A stretch of DNA of 64,000 nucleotides from a virus: positions 33,715 through 97,714 of IMG/VR virus record IMGVR_UViG_3300029267_002727; one strand, given 5' to 3'. Positions 50,079-61,039 of the stretch are shown piece by piece (within the stretch, counting starts at the first letter, position 1; the number at the start of each line of letters is the position of its first letter). The notes beneath the pieces were generated by a model that saw only the letters and a program-made list of their open reading frames with translations, was not told the origin of the DNA and made no database searches. The position numbers and the translations under genes are program-made.

Positions 50079-51830
50079 ATGGGAATCCCTTGCAGGCCCT
50101 ATCAACAAGAGGCTGTTGACGCACTGTGGGAAGCACTGAAGAAGGACGACGTGTGGGCGGTTGGGTGTGCGATGGCTACCGGCCTGGGTAAGACCCGAGT
50201 AGGCCTCGTGTTTATCGACCAGCACCTGGATGGCGGCCGCGCTCTGTGGCTGGCCCACCGCAACAAGCTGGTGGAGCAGCCCCTGGAGCGGCTCCGAGAA
50301 CTATGGCCAGATGCCAACATCGGTGTAGTCAGGGCGCGCAAGAACGACGTCGATGCAGACATCATTTTGGGTAGCGTGGCCACGCTCACCCGCGAGAACC
50401 GGATGCAGGAGCTCTTGGCCGCGGGCAAGATCGACATCATCGTGACGGATGAATGCCATCACGGCCCCAGCGAGTCATACGAGCGCATCTACAAGTGGGT
50501 CAGGGAGCACAACCCAAACGTGGTGCACGTGGGCCTCACTGCGACCCCGTGGAGGCGCGACGGTAAGTGGGCAAAGGGCGAGTGGACGTTTCAGGAGCTC
50601 CCCCGAGGAGCCCAGAAAAATATCCGCTGGGGAATCCGGGAGGGGTGGCTAGTTCCCCCTGTGGGAACTGAGGTCGAAACGGAGGTCTATAAGCAAGGTA
50701 AGTTTGCCGCCGACCTGTCAAGGGTAAGGGTCACCGCAGGCGACTTCAACACCGGCGAGCTCGCAGACGTTCTCGATGCTGCTCAGTGGCATCTGCTTGT
50801 CGCTAAGTATTACCTCGAGCACTTTGTCACGCCGTACGATGAAGAGAAAGAGGTTGTAGGCAGCGGCGAGGGCAAGCAGGCCATCGCCTTCACCGTCGAT
50901 GTTGCGTCCTCGAAGAAGCTGTGCGAGGAGCTCAAGTCCAGGGGCGTGAAGGCTGCCCATATCGACGGCACGATGTCGGACAAAGATCGTAAGCCTATCG
51001 AGCGCGGGTTCACATCGGGCAAGATACAGGTACTGTGCAACTGCGCGGTCTACACGGAGGGGGCAGACTTCCCCTCCGCTGAGGTTGTACTGATGGCCAG
51101 GCCCACCAGGTCGCCCGGCTTGTTCACACAGATCGTAGGTCGCGGCTTGCGCCCCTATCCCGGTAAGGACCACTGTGATGTAGTCCTGTTCGCCGGTCAC
51201 GGCGCAGACCTGATGACCCTCTTCGACCTTGGCAAGAGCAAGAAGGTCAAGAAGGCGGAGAAGGCAGCCAAGGAACTTGGGATCCCAGGCGTGAGCGCCG
51301 GCATCAATGTGTTCGATGAGCATACGGTCACCGGCGCTGGCACGAAGGCTACACTGGTGTCCCTGTTCAACGGGAGCAAGCACGCCTGGTTCCGCGATGG
51401 CGCCGTGTTCTCCCTGGGCCTGGGCGAAACTAAGGATGAAAAGAGCGGAAACCTGTACCAGAGGACACTCGTCATCTTGCCGCCTAATGGGGATGACTGT
51501 TGGCACCTGATGGCCTTGGGCCGGAGGGTGTGGTACGGCCAGGACCAGAAGCGACACGGCGGCCAGTGGCGCGTGTACGAGCTCGATGCAGGAATGGATA
51601 TCGAGGAGATGATGGATATGGCGGCTGGCGTCATCGAACGACGGGCCTGCAATACCCTCTCCAAGAAGCGCAAGCGGTGGAGGAAGGATCCTGCATCCAA
51701 GGGCCAGCTAGGAACACTTCATAGGATGGGCGTTACGCCGCCCAAGGGCCTCGGAAAGGGTGATGCGTCCAGGCTGATATCTCACTACATTGCGATGAAT
51801 GTGCTGAGGAAGGAGGGGTACGTATCATGA
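50079..51830 (+). CDS. Superfamily 2 DEAD/DEAH-box helicase
   Basis: RPYQ, ATGLGKT, DECHH, GLTATP, TEGAD, QIVGRGLR. Confidence 0.93.
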   Translation: MGIPCRPYQQEAVDALWEALKKDDVWAVGCAMATGLGKTRVGLVFIDQHLDGGRALWLAHRNKLVEQPLERLRELWPDANIGVVRARKNDVDADIILGSVATLTRENRMQELLAAGKIDIIVTDECHHGPSESYERIYKWVREHNPNVVHVGLTATPWRRDGKWAKGEWTFQELPRGAQKNIRWGIREGWLVPPVGTEVETEVYKQGKFAADLSRVRVTAGDFNTGELADVLDAAQWHLLVAKYYLEHFVTPYDEEKEVVGSGEGKQAIAFTVDVASSKKLCEELKSRGVKAAHIDGTMSDKDRKPIERGFTSGKIQVLCNCAVYTEGADFPSAEVVLMARPTRSPGLFTQIVGRGLRPYPGKDHCDVVLFAGHGADLMTLFDLGKSKKVKKAEKAAKELGIPGVSAGINVFDEHTVTGAGTKATLVSLFNGSKHAWFRDGAVFSLGLGETKDEKSGNLYQRTLVILPPNGDDCWHLMALGRRVWYGQDQKRHGGQWRVYELDAGMDIEEMMDMAAGVIERRACNTLSKKRKRWRKDPASKGQLGTLHRMGVTPPKGLGKGDASRLISHYIAMNVLRKEGYVS

Positions 51831-52063
51831 GTCTCACAGATCGTGAGATGGATATCTTGGAGATGGCGGCGCGGGGATGGACGAACTGCGGCATAGCCGC
51901 CTACTATGACATCAGCAGGCAAACAGTAAAGAACCACATGTCATCAGTGATGGCGAAGCTGTGCGTCACATCCAGAACAGGGGCGGTGGTTGTGGCCTTC
52001 CAGCTTGGCTTGATAGATCTGTTTCACGTGCGCGTAGAACGGACATACGACCATGAAGATTAA
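51827..52063 (+). CDS. Stand-alone LuxR/NarL-type HTH regulator
   Basis: LTDREMDIL..G.TN..IA..ISRQTVKNHMSSVMAKL.V.SRT.AV. Confidence 0.88.
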   Translation: MSLTDREMDILEMAARGWTNCGIAAYYDISRQTVKNHMSSVMAKLCVTSRTGAVVVAFQLGLIDLFHVRVERTYDHED

Positions 52064-52315
52064 GTGGTCTGTTGTTCTGCTCCTGCTGCTCGCAACGACA
52101 CTGTACAGAATGGGGCAGGATGTACCACGATGAATAGGAGGTCCTTATGAGACTAAGGTTCCCGTTCCGCAAGATGGCGCCACGCGCGCCCACAAAAGAA
52201 GACGACGAAGAGCAGCGGCGCAGGGAGGCCGCTGCTCTTCGCAAGAAGCTACAGAAGGATCGTCCATGGTACCTGAAGGTAAAGGGTAATACCGACGAGC
52301 TAGGGAAATTGGGTA

Positions 52316-52345
52316 CTTGACAGATGTCGAGCCCCATGGTATATT
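52316..52345 (+). promoter_or_regulatory. Sigma70 promoter with putative operator
   Basis: TTGACA-17-TATATT with extended -10 TG; CTTGAC-agat-GTCGAG. Confidence 0.78.
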
Positions 52346-52380
52346 ATGACAGAGTAGGACAACCACCGAGGAGGTAACTG

Positions 52381-53439
52381 ATGGACTACAACTCACTTCT
52401 GAGACAGGATGGGCCCAAGGCAGACGCGGCATTCAAAACCCTGTTGGGGCCAGTGCCTCCGCAGATGACCTTTGAGCGCCAGGGGCCAAGCGGAACGAAG
52501 CTGACCTATGTGAAACACCAGGACGTGACGCTCTTGATGCAGAAGGCCTTTGGCCCGTTCTGGAACTTTGACGTGCTGGAGACCGGCACCTGCAAGGAGA
52601 TGATTCCCCGCCGGAACGGAGAGGACGTCGAGAAGTGGACGGCCTGGGCGCGCGGCAAGCTGACCCTGTTTATGCAGCTTGACAACGGAGACGTGCTGCC
52701 GCTTACCTGGACCGCGGTCGGGAACTTTGACAACGTGCGCAAGATGCCTGACGCCTCGGGGCGATCTAGTGCGGCTAGCCGGTCGATCTGTAAGGCTGTC
52801 GCCCTAGCGCTGGGCTTTGGGCACGAGTTCTACGAGCCGACCGACGTGATCATACTGAACCCCAGGGCCATCTGGAACATGCTCCTGGAGCACGCGGCCG
52901 AGAACGGCGTGGGCCACGACACCGTAGAGGCCGCAATCAAGTCGTGCGGGATCCCTCAGTCAGAGTGGGTCGATCGGTACGACGAGCTCTGCGCGATCGT
53001 GGACAAGCTGGAGGGCAACGTGTTCGACGAGGATTCCATCGTTAAGGAGGATCCAACGCCACAGGCGATCAACCCAGCGAAGACGGAGACAACGGCCGCA
53101 GGCCCGTTCTCGGAAATCACAACCGCAGCCCCATCGGGCGCTGACGCCACCGAGACCGTCGAGGATCCCGTCGTGCAGGCCGCCATCGAGGAGCTCGGCG
53201 CCACCGTGGTCGGAGAGCCGGACTGGGGCTGGGGCGAGTTCTTCCTGCACTGCAAGGACGAGCTCGGGATCGCGTCCCCCACTGAGGCTAACAAGGAACT
53301 CGACAAGATGTACGGGAAAGGCCAGCGGCCGAAGTCGAAGCGCGAGATGTTCCAGGAATTGAAGGTCAAACTAGGCAAGGCCGACGATACAACCTCACAG
53401 GATACGAGCTCGAAAGGCGAAGAACAGTCTTTCTTCTAG
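52381..53439 (+). CDS. Rad52/Sak-like single-strand annealing protein
   Basis: RQGPSGTKLTYV..V..LM..AFGPFWNFDV..AASRSICKAVA..LGFG. Confidence 0.75.
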   Translation: MDYNSLLRQDGPKADAAFKTLLGPVPPQMTFERQGPSGTKLTYVKHQDVTLLMQKAFGPFWNFDVLETGTCKEMIPRRNGEDVEKWTAWARGKLTLFMQLDNGDVLPLTWTAVGNFDNVRKMPDASGRSSAASRSICKAVALALGFGHEFYEPTDVIILNPRAIWNMLLEHAAENGVGHDTVEAAIKSCGIPQSEWVDRYDELCAIVDKLEGNVFDEDSIVKEDPTPQAINPAKTETTAAGPFSEITTAAPSGADATETVEDPVVQAAIEELGATVVGEPDWGWGEFFLHCKDELGIASPTEANKELDKMYGKGQRPKSKREMFQELKVKLGKADDTTSQDTSSKGEEQSFF

Positions 53440-53454
53440 GCGCGAATCGAGCCG

Positions 53455-53488
53455 GGGCGAGGGAGGGCCGAGAGGCTCTCCCCCGCCC
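53455..53488 (+). terminator. GC-rich hairpin with GAGA loop after the annealase gene (no U-tract)
   Basis: GGGCG-A-GGGAGGGCC-GAGA-GGCTCTCCC-C-CGCCC. Confidence 0.5.
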
Positions 53489-54851
53489 TGTAGGGAGGCG
53501 CAGATGCCAACGAGATACTCATCCAGAGAACAAGAGAAGAACTACCAAACAACGCGTGTCTTTGTGGCCAAAGAGGTTGTGTATAACCAGTGGAACTCTC
53601 CGGCCTACAATCGGTGGAGAGTCATCAGGATGGACATGGCGACGCACGAGTTCGAGGAATCCGATAGGATGTATACCAAGGCCGGGGCCCTCGATTGTGC
53701 CAAGTCTACCGCGCAGATGAAGAACCTTCCGTTCGATCTCCAGAAGGACATCGTTGACTATGCCTGGGTCAGGCGTGGCCCGACGCTGCGCTGCATCGCG
53801 TGCGGCGAGAAGTGGAACGACACCTTCTATAGAGAGTGGAAGCGTGGGTGGGAGCCCGAACTGTGTCCCAGGTGCAAGGCCGCTTTTGACATCGGTAATC
53901 AGGTCCGTGAGGAGCGTACGGACTGTGTGTGGTCCGACTACAACGGCCTGGGTGAGATCTCCGAGATATTCCGAGACATCGCGTTGGCCATGATGCAAGC
54001 CAACACGGGCAAGCATGAGCAGATGCGTGGCGCAGAGGTAATCGGTGAGTACCACCCAACCTCTTACGGACATCACATTTCTGTAACAGAAAAACAGCGC
54101 GATGCAGCACGAGCCCTGATTGTCTTGATCAAGCAGGCTATGAAGAGTTCGTATAAGAAGGGCTACTTCGATGGGTCATCCCTATTGCACCGGTTGGCCA
54201 AGTGCGAGGTGAGCCCGAACGAGTTTGCGGACACAAGGGAGGCAAAGAGTGAGTAAGAAGGCAAATGTCTTCATAGGTGCGGCTGCCGGGATGTTCGGGG
54301 CGGGCCTCGCCGGGAACAGGTGGCAGACCGTCGCCATATCGGCCGTTCTTATGATCATCGGCCTGAGACTGTGGCGGGGAAACAGGGGAGGGAAGTAATG
54401 ACCGGGCTACAGGGGCTCTCGCGGCATGCCGATATGCTAGAAAACGTGCGTGCGCAGATCATTACCACTAACAGCGAGGACTGGGGTGTCATTGCGCCCG
54501 CATTAGTCGAGTGGGCATCGTCATTTGCGGCGCTCTGTGGGGCGCAGGAAGCAACACCCGAGATGTCAGTATACCTAAGAGCGATCAGGTTCATAGCAGA
54601 AGTCATTTATGTGATGGGATATAAGCGCGGTAAGAGCCAGAGGTGAGAGATGCTATTCACAGTGTGGTTTTGGTACATCGGCAAGAAGGGCGAGGGCAGG
54701 TTTAGCGCCAGGGGGCACATGGCAAGCTGTGTGTTCGCCGGCGTCTTGACTGACCTGATTGTACTTGGGATCGTCACCAACCACTTCATTGCCTGCAACA
54801 TCGCGGGCGTATCGCCCCGGAGTTGGTCGTGGGAATTTCTAGGAGGTTAGC

Positions 54852-55571
54852 ATGGGATACGTCAGTTTTGACATCGAGATCGCTAAGGACAACCTGAAGA
54901 AGGGTGAGCCCTGGGAGCCCTACTTCAGCGAGATGGGGATCACTTGCGCGGCCACCTTGGCCATTCCGGGCAACCGCCTGATGGACTGGCACCCGCTGGA
55001 GCAGGACAAGGCCAAGGCGTTCCGGCCCAAGATGGACCAGGACGAGGTTTGTGTGATGGTACAGTACCTGATCTCGCAGGTCGAGCGCGGCAACCCTCCC
55101 CTGGCGTGGAACGGAGCGCGTTTCGATTTCTGGGTCCTGATGGAGGAGGCCCCCGAGTCGATGAAGCACGACATCATCGCCCTGGCGTGGGGTCAGATTG
55201 ATCCCGGGTTCCAGATGATGAACGACCTCGGTTACATGTGCAGCCTGAAGGCGGCGGCCGAGGGGATGGGCGTCGAAGGCAAGTTAGATGGAATGACCGG
55301 TGCTCAGGCGCCGGCAGCCTGGAAAGAGGGGCGGGAACGTCAGGACTTGGTCATCGAGTATGTGAGACAGGACGTTGTGGCCGCCCACAACGTGTATCAG
55401 GCGATCCTGGAGAAAGGGCGCCTCGAGTGGGTGTCTGGTCGTGGGAATCAGATGCAGTGGACGCCAGAGATCAAGGACGGGCGACTCTTGACGGTCTTGG
55501 AGTGCATGCAGAGACCGCAGAAGAGAAATCCACTGATGAGCAGAGAGGAGGCGGTTGCATGGATGAAGTAG
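54852..55571 (+). CDS. RNase H-like DEDDy 3'-5' exonuclease
   Basis: FDIE, WNGARFDF, SLKAAA, YVRQDV. Confidence 0.82.
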   Translation: MGYVSFDIEIAKDNLKKGEPWEPYFSEMGITCAATLAIPGNRLMDWHPLEQDKAKAFRPKMDQDEVCVMVQYLISQVERGNPPLAWNGARFDFWVLMEEAPESMKHDIIALAWGQIDPGFQMMNDLGYMCSLKAAAEGMGVEGKLDGMTGAQAPAAWKEGRERQDLVIEYVRQDVVAAHNVYQAILEKGRLEWVSGRGNQMQWTPEIKDGRLLTVLECMQRPQKRNPLMSREEAVAWMK

Positions 55572-56332
55572 AGTATCACGCAAGTCCGCCGCAGTGGGCG
55601 CGGGACTATATCGAGGAAGTAGGCGACGAGACAGTTGAACCTTCCGTCTGGAGTGCTGCGAAGCCTGGGGTCGATATGCCGGCATTCCTACACACTCCAC
55701 TCATGCGGTTCGCGGCTCTGTGGGCAATTTTCTCGTGCCTTGTAACCTGTGCCATAATGGCGGTGATTCAGTGAGCGAGGATATTGTGATTTACAGTGCC
55801 GAGTATCCCAAGGACGAGCCCTTGTGGGTGGTCATATTCCTGGGGCCGCTGGTCCGCTTTTCGGTCGTAGCTGTTGCCACCGTGTCGATTTTCGCGGTGC
55901 TGACGCTGTGGTTAGTGATACAGATATCAGGAGGATAAACATGGAAGACCCTATCAACAACATCATCAAGACATTCCCGGTGAACGAGACTATCGCCGTC
56001 GAGGATTTGGCGGAGTGGACGCAGGCCGGCTGGGCGTACGTAGGCACGTTTGTCTTTACAGAGGACGTGCAGACGATACAGATCGCGCGCCCGGGCCAGC
56101 CAGATGTGCCGGTGATGCCACGTCACGTTTTCGTCCGGCCGCCCGGACTAGTCTCTACAACGGTGGTCATGTCCACGATCATGGGTGTGGCAGAGGCGTT
56201 CGGAGACAACGAGGAGGTCGAAAAGGCCCTGGACGCGGTGCTGCACAACCTCACCGGTCAAACCATCGAGGGGTTCAGGAAGCGGGCCGCGCAGTATCGG
56301 GCCATGCAGAAAGAACAAGGAGGCATGCTACA

Positions 56333-57313
56333 ATGAGCCAGGTACGAGTCGCGGTAGACGTCGGGTATTGGGGCACGAAGGTACTCTGGGCTAACGGCGA
56401 GCATGGGAGTTCGATCTTTCCCTCAGCGGTAGGGACCCCCGACGAGGCACGGTTCTCCCTGGGGTTCGAGGGGAAATCAATTATCCTGCGTGAGCCCCGG
56501 AATGTGGTTATCGGCCGGCGGGCACTGATGACAAGTCGCCACGTCGTGCAGTCCCGGTCACCTGACTGGGTGCGGTCGCCTGAATGGTACGACCTGTTCT
56601 TGGCCTCGTTGACCGAGGTCACGCAGGCCCTGAACTACAACCTGGACCTCTGTGTCGGGCTGCCGATGGCACACTACAAGCCCAACAAAGAGATCGTGAG
56701 GGCGCGCCTTCAGGATACACACGTTGTGGTACGCGAGGGCCGGCAACCCCAGCGGTTCCACGTGCACGAGGTCCGGGTAGTGCCCCAGGCCTGGGGTGTC
56801 GTTATTGACCAGGCGATCGACGGTAATGGGGAATACGACGTTTCATGGCTGAACTACACAGTCGGAGTGATCGACATCGGTGGAAATACCACCAACATCC
56901 TGGCCCTGGATGGCCTGGCCGAGGTCCCGTCAGGGAGCACATCTATCGCCAAGGGTGCGATGGATATCACAAGCGCGCTACAGGCATGGCTGAACGATAA
57001 CTGCCCCGGCCTCTCGCTGCGGACGCATAAGCTGATGCGGGCTGTCACTGACCGCAAAGTGATGTATGACGGGGAATGGATAGACCTTAGCGAAGTCATT
57101 GAAGGGATCGCAGAGCCAATGGTTGCCGAGGTTGTGGCCCAGACGAGCCAGCGTTGGCCGAACCTGGTTGGCATCGACAAGTTGCTGATCGGTGGCGGCG
57201 GCGGGGCCCTGCTGGGTGCATATATCCAGGAGAGGATCCCCCGGGCTATCTTGGTGGATGACCCGGTCATGGCAAACGTCAGGGGCTACTTCAAGCTGCT
57301 AGGGGTCAAATGA
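56333..57313 (+). CDS. parM: ParM/StbA actin-like partition ATPase
   Basis: VDVGYWGTK, VGLP, VVPQ, IDIGGNTTN, IGGGGA, ANVRGY. Confidence 0.9.
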   Translation: MSQVRVAVDVGYWGTKVLWANGEHGSSIFPSAVGTPDEARFSLGFEGKSIILREPRNVVIGRRALMTSRHVVQSRSPDWVRSPEWYDLFLASLTEVTQALNYNLDLCVGLPMAHYKPNKEIVRARLQDTHVVVREGRQPQRFHVHEVRVVPQAWGVVIDQAIDGNGEYDVSWLNYTVGVIDIGGNTTNILALDGLAEVPSGSTSIAKGAMDITSALQAWLNDNCPGLSLRTHKLMRAVTDRKVMYDGEWIDLSEVIEGIAEPMVAEVVAQTSQRWPNLVGIDKLLIGGGGGALLGAYIQERIPRAILVDDPVMANVRGYFKLLGVK

Positions 57314-57624
57314 TGAGGGACGAGAGAGACAGAAAGACCATTAGCTTCCCGCCCGAGGATCACGATTTGGTCGTTTATCTCGATTCTTGTGATAACGCGT
57401 CATGGGAGGTGAGGCAGGCCCTTCGCCAGTACATAGAAGGCAAGGACCGCGTAGAGGCCTTGTGCGAGCTCATGATCCAGCAACATCAACGCATGGCTGA
57501 GACGCTGGAGCGCCTGGAGCATAACGGAGTCGCAGTCCCGAGGTCTAACCCTCACCATAGTGAGGGGATCTCTGCGGAGCACGAGGAGATGGCGGCTAAG
57601 CTCAGGGACCTGGGCAAGGTGTGA
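57310..57624 (+). CDS. ParR-like ribbon-helix-helix adaptor
   Basis: RKTISF..DHDLVVYLD..NASWEVRQALRQYI; coupled directly to parM. Confidence 0.7.
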   Translation: MMRDERDRKTISFPPEDHDLVVYLDSCDNASWEVRQALRQYIEGKDRVEALCELMIQQHQRMAETLERLEHNGVAVPRSNPHHSEGISAEHEEMAAKLRDLGKV

Positions 57625-57649
57625 CAGAGTAAGACAACGGAGTATGACA

Positions 57650-58303
57650 ATGTCGTATTCTTACGATGATAACGGTTTGAGGCCCGGAAGCGACGTGCAC
57701 GTACACACCAGTGGGGGAGGGGGAGGGCGCCTGGCTATCATTATGGGCGCCGTGCTTATCTTTGCCCTGATCGCGATGGGCGCAGCGGGAATCCGTAGCT
57801 TTGGCCCGGAGGCCAAAGCCCGCGCAGAGGTAATCGTCAGGACTCCTGTACCAACTCCGACGCCAATGCCCGAGGTGGTGCAGTCACAGACCAGGGCCAC
57901 CGTCTCTTTCTACGACGTGGTGCGTTGGCTCGTGTACGTGGGCGGCGCATCCCTCGCCGTTCTGGTTGTTGCGCTTGTACTGTCGTGGTCATGGCGGCGG
58001 CGGGAGTATGCTGCCCAGAGAGCGGTACAGCAACTGCATCGGACGAACCCATCCCTGATCAGTGGGTGGGATGAAGTGTATGACCCACTTGGTTCCGGGA
58101 CTCTGTATCTGGGTGAGCCATCGCAGCCAGCAAATATCGAGCACGCGCAGCTTGTGGCGCAGAACTTTAGTGCGGCGGCTGCCTGGAAGCAGGTAGTTAG
58201 CGCTCTAATACAGGCGCAAAAACAACGACAGCTAAGTGGCCCTGAATGCACCACGCTCGAGCGCGGCCTGACGCGACTAGAACAACTGGAGAGCGGTCAA
58301 TGA
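57650..58303 (+). CDS. Two-TM membrane protein with PTPTP linker
   Basis: Hydrophobic helices flanking TPVPTPTP. Confidence 0.6.
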   Translation: MSYSYDDNGLRPGSDVHVHTSGGGGGRLAIIMGAVLIFALIAMGAAGIRSFGPEAKARAEVIVRTPVPTPTPMPEVVQSQTRATVSFYDVVRWLVYVGGASLAVLVVALVLSWSWRRREYAAQRAVQQLHRTNPSLISGWDEVYDPLGSGTLYLGEPSQPANIEHAQLVAQNFSAAAAWKQVVSALIQAQKQRQLSGPECTTLERGLTRLEQLESGQ

Positions 58304-59001
58304 AAGATGCGCTGAAAAGAGGAGCCCTTCTAGGTGTCCTCCTGGGGGCAGTGGCGCTCGCCACAGTGCTAGGACTTACGTTCCTGGGCACAAATGAGCC
58401 GGATATCGGGTATGGCAAGCTAGTCCTGGGGCTAACAGTGTTGTGCCTGGGGGCAGGGGCGCCAGCAGGGGCCCTCGTGGGGGGCCTACAGTACCACCGC
58501 GCTATGATGGAGCCGGAAGCGGCGCCGCCCATCATGGACGAGGATCCGTACGAATACCAGATATACGAGGATGACGGGTGGGACGCAGACATCGAGGACG
58601 CGGAGGGCCCGGACGAGCCCCCGCAGGACCCAACGCTGGCCGAAAAGATCGTGGAGTGTGCCAGGTTGCAGGCAATGTGGCACTATGAACGGGGCCGAGA
58701 GCCCACCAGAGGCGCATTCAAAGAGGCCGGCGTAAGCCAGCCGATATGGAACAGTGCGCGACATCTCTTGAAGATCATGAAGCTGGTGGGCGGGTCGGGC
58801 AGGAGTGTGTCTTGGGAGAGCGCTCATGCCAGCAAGGTGAAGAAATACCTCAACAGAATAGCAGCAGACGGAGACAAGATCTGGGTGCCCACGTTCGGGA
58901 ATGGGCATGACTACCACCAGATCGGGGTGTCAGAGACGCTGGAGAAGAACCGGCACACGCGATACCGGCCGGCGTACACCGCCCCACTCCACAGTGGCTA
59001 G
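58300..59001 (+). CDS. Membrane-anchored protein with acidic linker and possible wHTH C-terminus
   Basis: Two N-terminal TM helices. Confidence 0.55.
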   Translation: MKDALKRGALLGVLLGAVALATVLGLTFLGTNEPDIGYGKLVLGLTVLCLGAGAPAGALVGGLQYHRAMMEPEAAPPIMDEDPYEYQIYEDDGWDADIEDAEGPDEPPQDPTLAEKIVECARLQAMWHYERGREPTRGAFKEAGVSQPIWNSARHLLKIMKLVGGSGRSVSWESAHASKVKKYLNRIAADGDKIWVPTFGNGHDYHQIGVSETLEKNRHTRYRPAYTAPLHSG

Positions 59002-59078
59002 CGATTCGTTTGGATCGGTTATAACCAGGAAACCAACAAACCGAACCGATCTGTAAACCAAAAACGGAGGTAGAAACC

Positions 59079-59774
59079 GTGACACGGAGAAGTGGTGAAG
59101 ACAAAGACCTGCAATCTGCATCGAAGAGGCGCATCACAGCCATTTGGAAGATTGGGTGGATGGGGGCCGGGATAATCGCCGCGCTCGTGCTCCTGTACTT
59201 CGACATTCTATATAGCGCCGATGGCATGATCCCCATTTTTGGGAAGAGCGAGAGCGCTTTCTATCTTTGTTGGGCCCTGAGCATCATCATGAGCCCAATC
59301 GAGATGGCAACGTCGTCCATTATGACAGACCCAGATCAGCGCGCAGAACTCGGCCCGGACGCGCGCGCCATCGGCATGACCATCGGATCCCTGGTGTTTG
59401 TTGCCGATATCGTGACGAACTGGCTGGGGCTATACCTGAGCGCGGCAGCGGACGGTATCGTGACAACCCTCAACTATCTTGTCATCTTCGTGGTCGGCGG
59501 CATACTGGCATTCGTCGAGTACGTGATTGAGTTTCTGGTATCGCTACTGTCCAAGGAGATCGCAAACTTCAAGGTGGCCAACCAAGAGTTCCAAGAGTGG
59601 CATGAACAACACGGCCAGTCCTCGCGCAGCCACTCTCGCGGTAACTCGCCACGCAGTCACAGCCGCCCGCCTGGCGGGTCGCCACGCAGGCCCGGCGGAA
59701 CGCCCAATATGGGCCGCCCGTCCCGCGATGATGGGTTCCGGGATCGGCCTGCGCCGAGAGGGAGGACGATGTGA
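59079..59774 (+). CDS. Four-TM membrane protein with Arg/Ser-rich tail
   Basis: Hydropathy pattern; GGAGG RBS. Confidence 0.6.
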   Translation: MTRRSGEDKDLQSASKRRITAIWKIGWMGAGIIAALVLLYFDILYSADGMIPIFGKSESAFYLCWALSIIMSPIEMATSSIMTDPDQRAELGPDARAIGMTIGSLVFVADIVTNWLGLYLSAAADGIVTTLNYLVIFVVGGILAFVEYVIEFLVSLLSKEIANFKVANQEFQEWHEQHGQSSRSHSRGNSPRSHSRPPGGSPRRPGGTPNMGRPSRDDGFRDRPAPRGRTM

Positions 59775-60124
59775 GAAGAGTAATCTGGCTGGCTTTGGTG
59801 CTCTTGTGTGTTGCGGCCGGGCCCACTGATCATTGTGGGCCTGGCCAGGTCGCCGTCACCTACCCGAACGGAGAGGTAGTGTGCGCGCAGAATGCCTGGG
59901 CATCAAACGGGTTTGCGGTGACGTATTCAGAGTACGCCGGGGAATACTGGCACACAGAGGTGTGGGTCGCAGGGCCCGGGAGCGCTACCATGAGCTATAA
60001 CGGGATGCCGTTTGCGCCGCAAGGGAACGCCGGAGAGGTGCCATGGGATCGAATGGGGTGGCGCGACGAGTACGGCGTGCATGTGAAGCTCACGCAAGTG
60101 ACAACGTCAGAGGGTGCGCAATGA
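59771..60124 (+). CDS. Secreted hypothetical protein
   Basis: MRRVIWLALVLLCVAA signal peptide. Confidence 0.55.
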   Translation: MRRVIWLALVLLCVAAGPTDHCGPGQVAVTYPNGEVVCAQNAWASNGFAVTYSEYAGEYWHTEVWVAGPGSATMSYNGMPFAPQGNAGEVPWDRMGWRDEYGVHVKLTQVTTSEGAQ

Positions 60125-60629
60125 CACTGCCGGCGCACTTTGGAGAGTTTAGTGGGTTCTTTGAGTTTCCCACGATGGAGATTATAGACAGGATGCTGGT
60201 CGCGGGGATACAGCTAGACATGGCCGCGGCCGCCCAGCGACTGCGCGATCTCCAGACAGAAAAGGAGAAGTACCATGAGTCGTCGTTACTACCGCCAGCC
60301 GAGTCGCAGTGGTCAGTACAGGAAACGTAGTACACCGCGCAGAAGGCGGGGGAGTGCCCCAAGGTGGCTGATAGTACCGATCTTGATGGTGCTGGTGCCG
60401 CTGTGCGCATGGATCATCGGCCGGCTACCTGGAGGCTGGTAATGGATGATAATCGGGAATCGGCGCAAGGAGACTGGAACATGAATGGTGGCCCGGGTGA
60501 TCCAACGTACACAGGGCCTGGTCTCTCGTTCTATTGCCTTGTCGGGGTGCTCGCCGTACTGTTCTTGTGTGCGGTTATAGTCTATGTCACGTAAATACCC
60601 CCAGAGGTAATTTTCGCAGCATAAAGTAT

Positions 60630-60656
60630 AAGCCCCCGCTCTCCAGGCGGGGGCTT
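60630..60656. terminator. Probable bidirectional terminator at the convergent junction
   Basis: AAGCCCCCGC-7nt-GCGGGGGCTT between plus- and minus-strand blocks. Confidence 0.7.
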
Positions 60657-60690
60657 GTTCATCTCTCCGAAGCAGTTGGCGGCCTGCCTG

Positions 60691-61038
60691 CTACAGGAGA
60701 AGGATGACAACCACTCCCAGGGCCACCGCGAGTGTGACAAGGGCAGTATCCGTAGCCGACGCCGCTTTCAGCCGCTGTTTGAGCGCTTCTGGCCAGTATC
60801 CTCTGTATGTCAAGAACGCGACGATGGCGGCCAGGGTGATCGGCCCATAGGCGGCCAGCCACGGAAGCAGGGCCACCAGGTCCTCCAAAAGCATCACCAC
60901 GACCACGAGGCCGGCAAAGATGGCGCCACAGATATTCTCCAGGGCGTTACCGCTGAGGCCGCATCCTTGCAGGAACGCCTTGAGCGCCGACACAAGCACC
61001 AGGATCGGCACTCCCCACAAAAGTAGTTCCAAGTCCAT
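60691..61038 (-). CDS. Holin-like membrane protein
   Basis: Three to four TM helices; last gene of the late block, near the endolysin. Confidence 0.55.
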   Translation of the reverse strand: MDLELLLWGVPILVLVSALKAFLQGCGLSGNALENICGAIFAGLVVVVMLLEDLVALLPWLAAYGPITLAAIVAFLTYRGYWPEALKQRLKAASATDTALVTLAVALGVVVILLL

Positions 61039-61039
61039 C

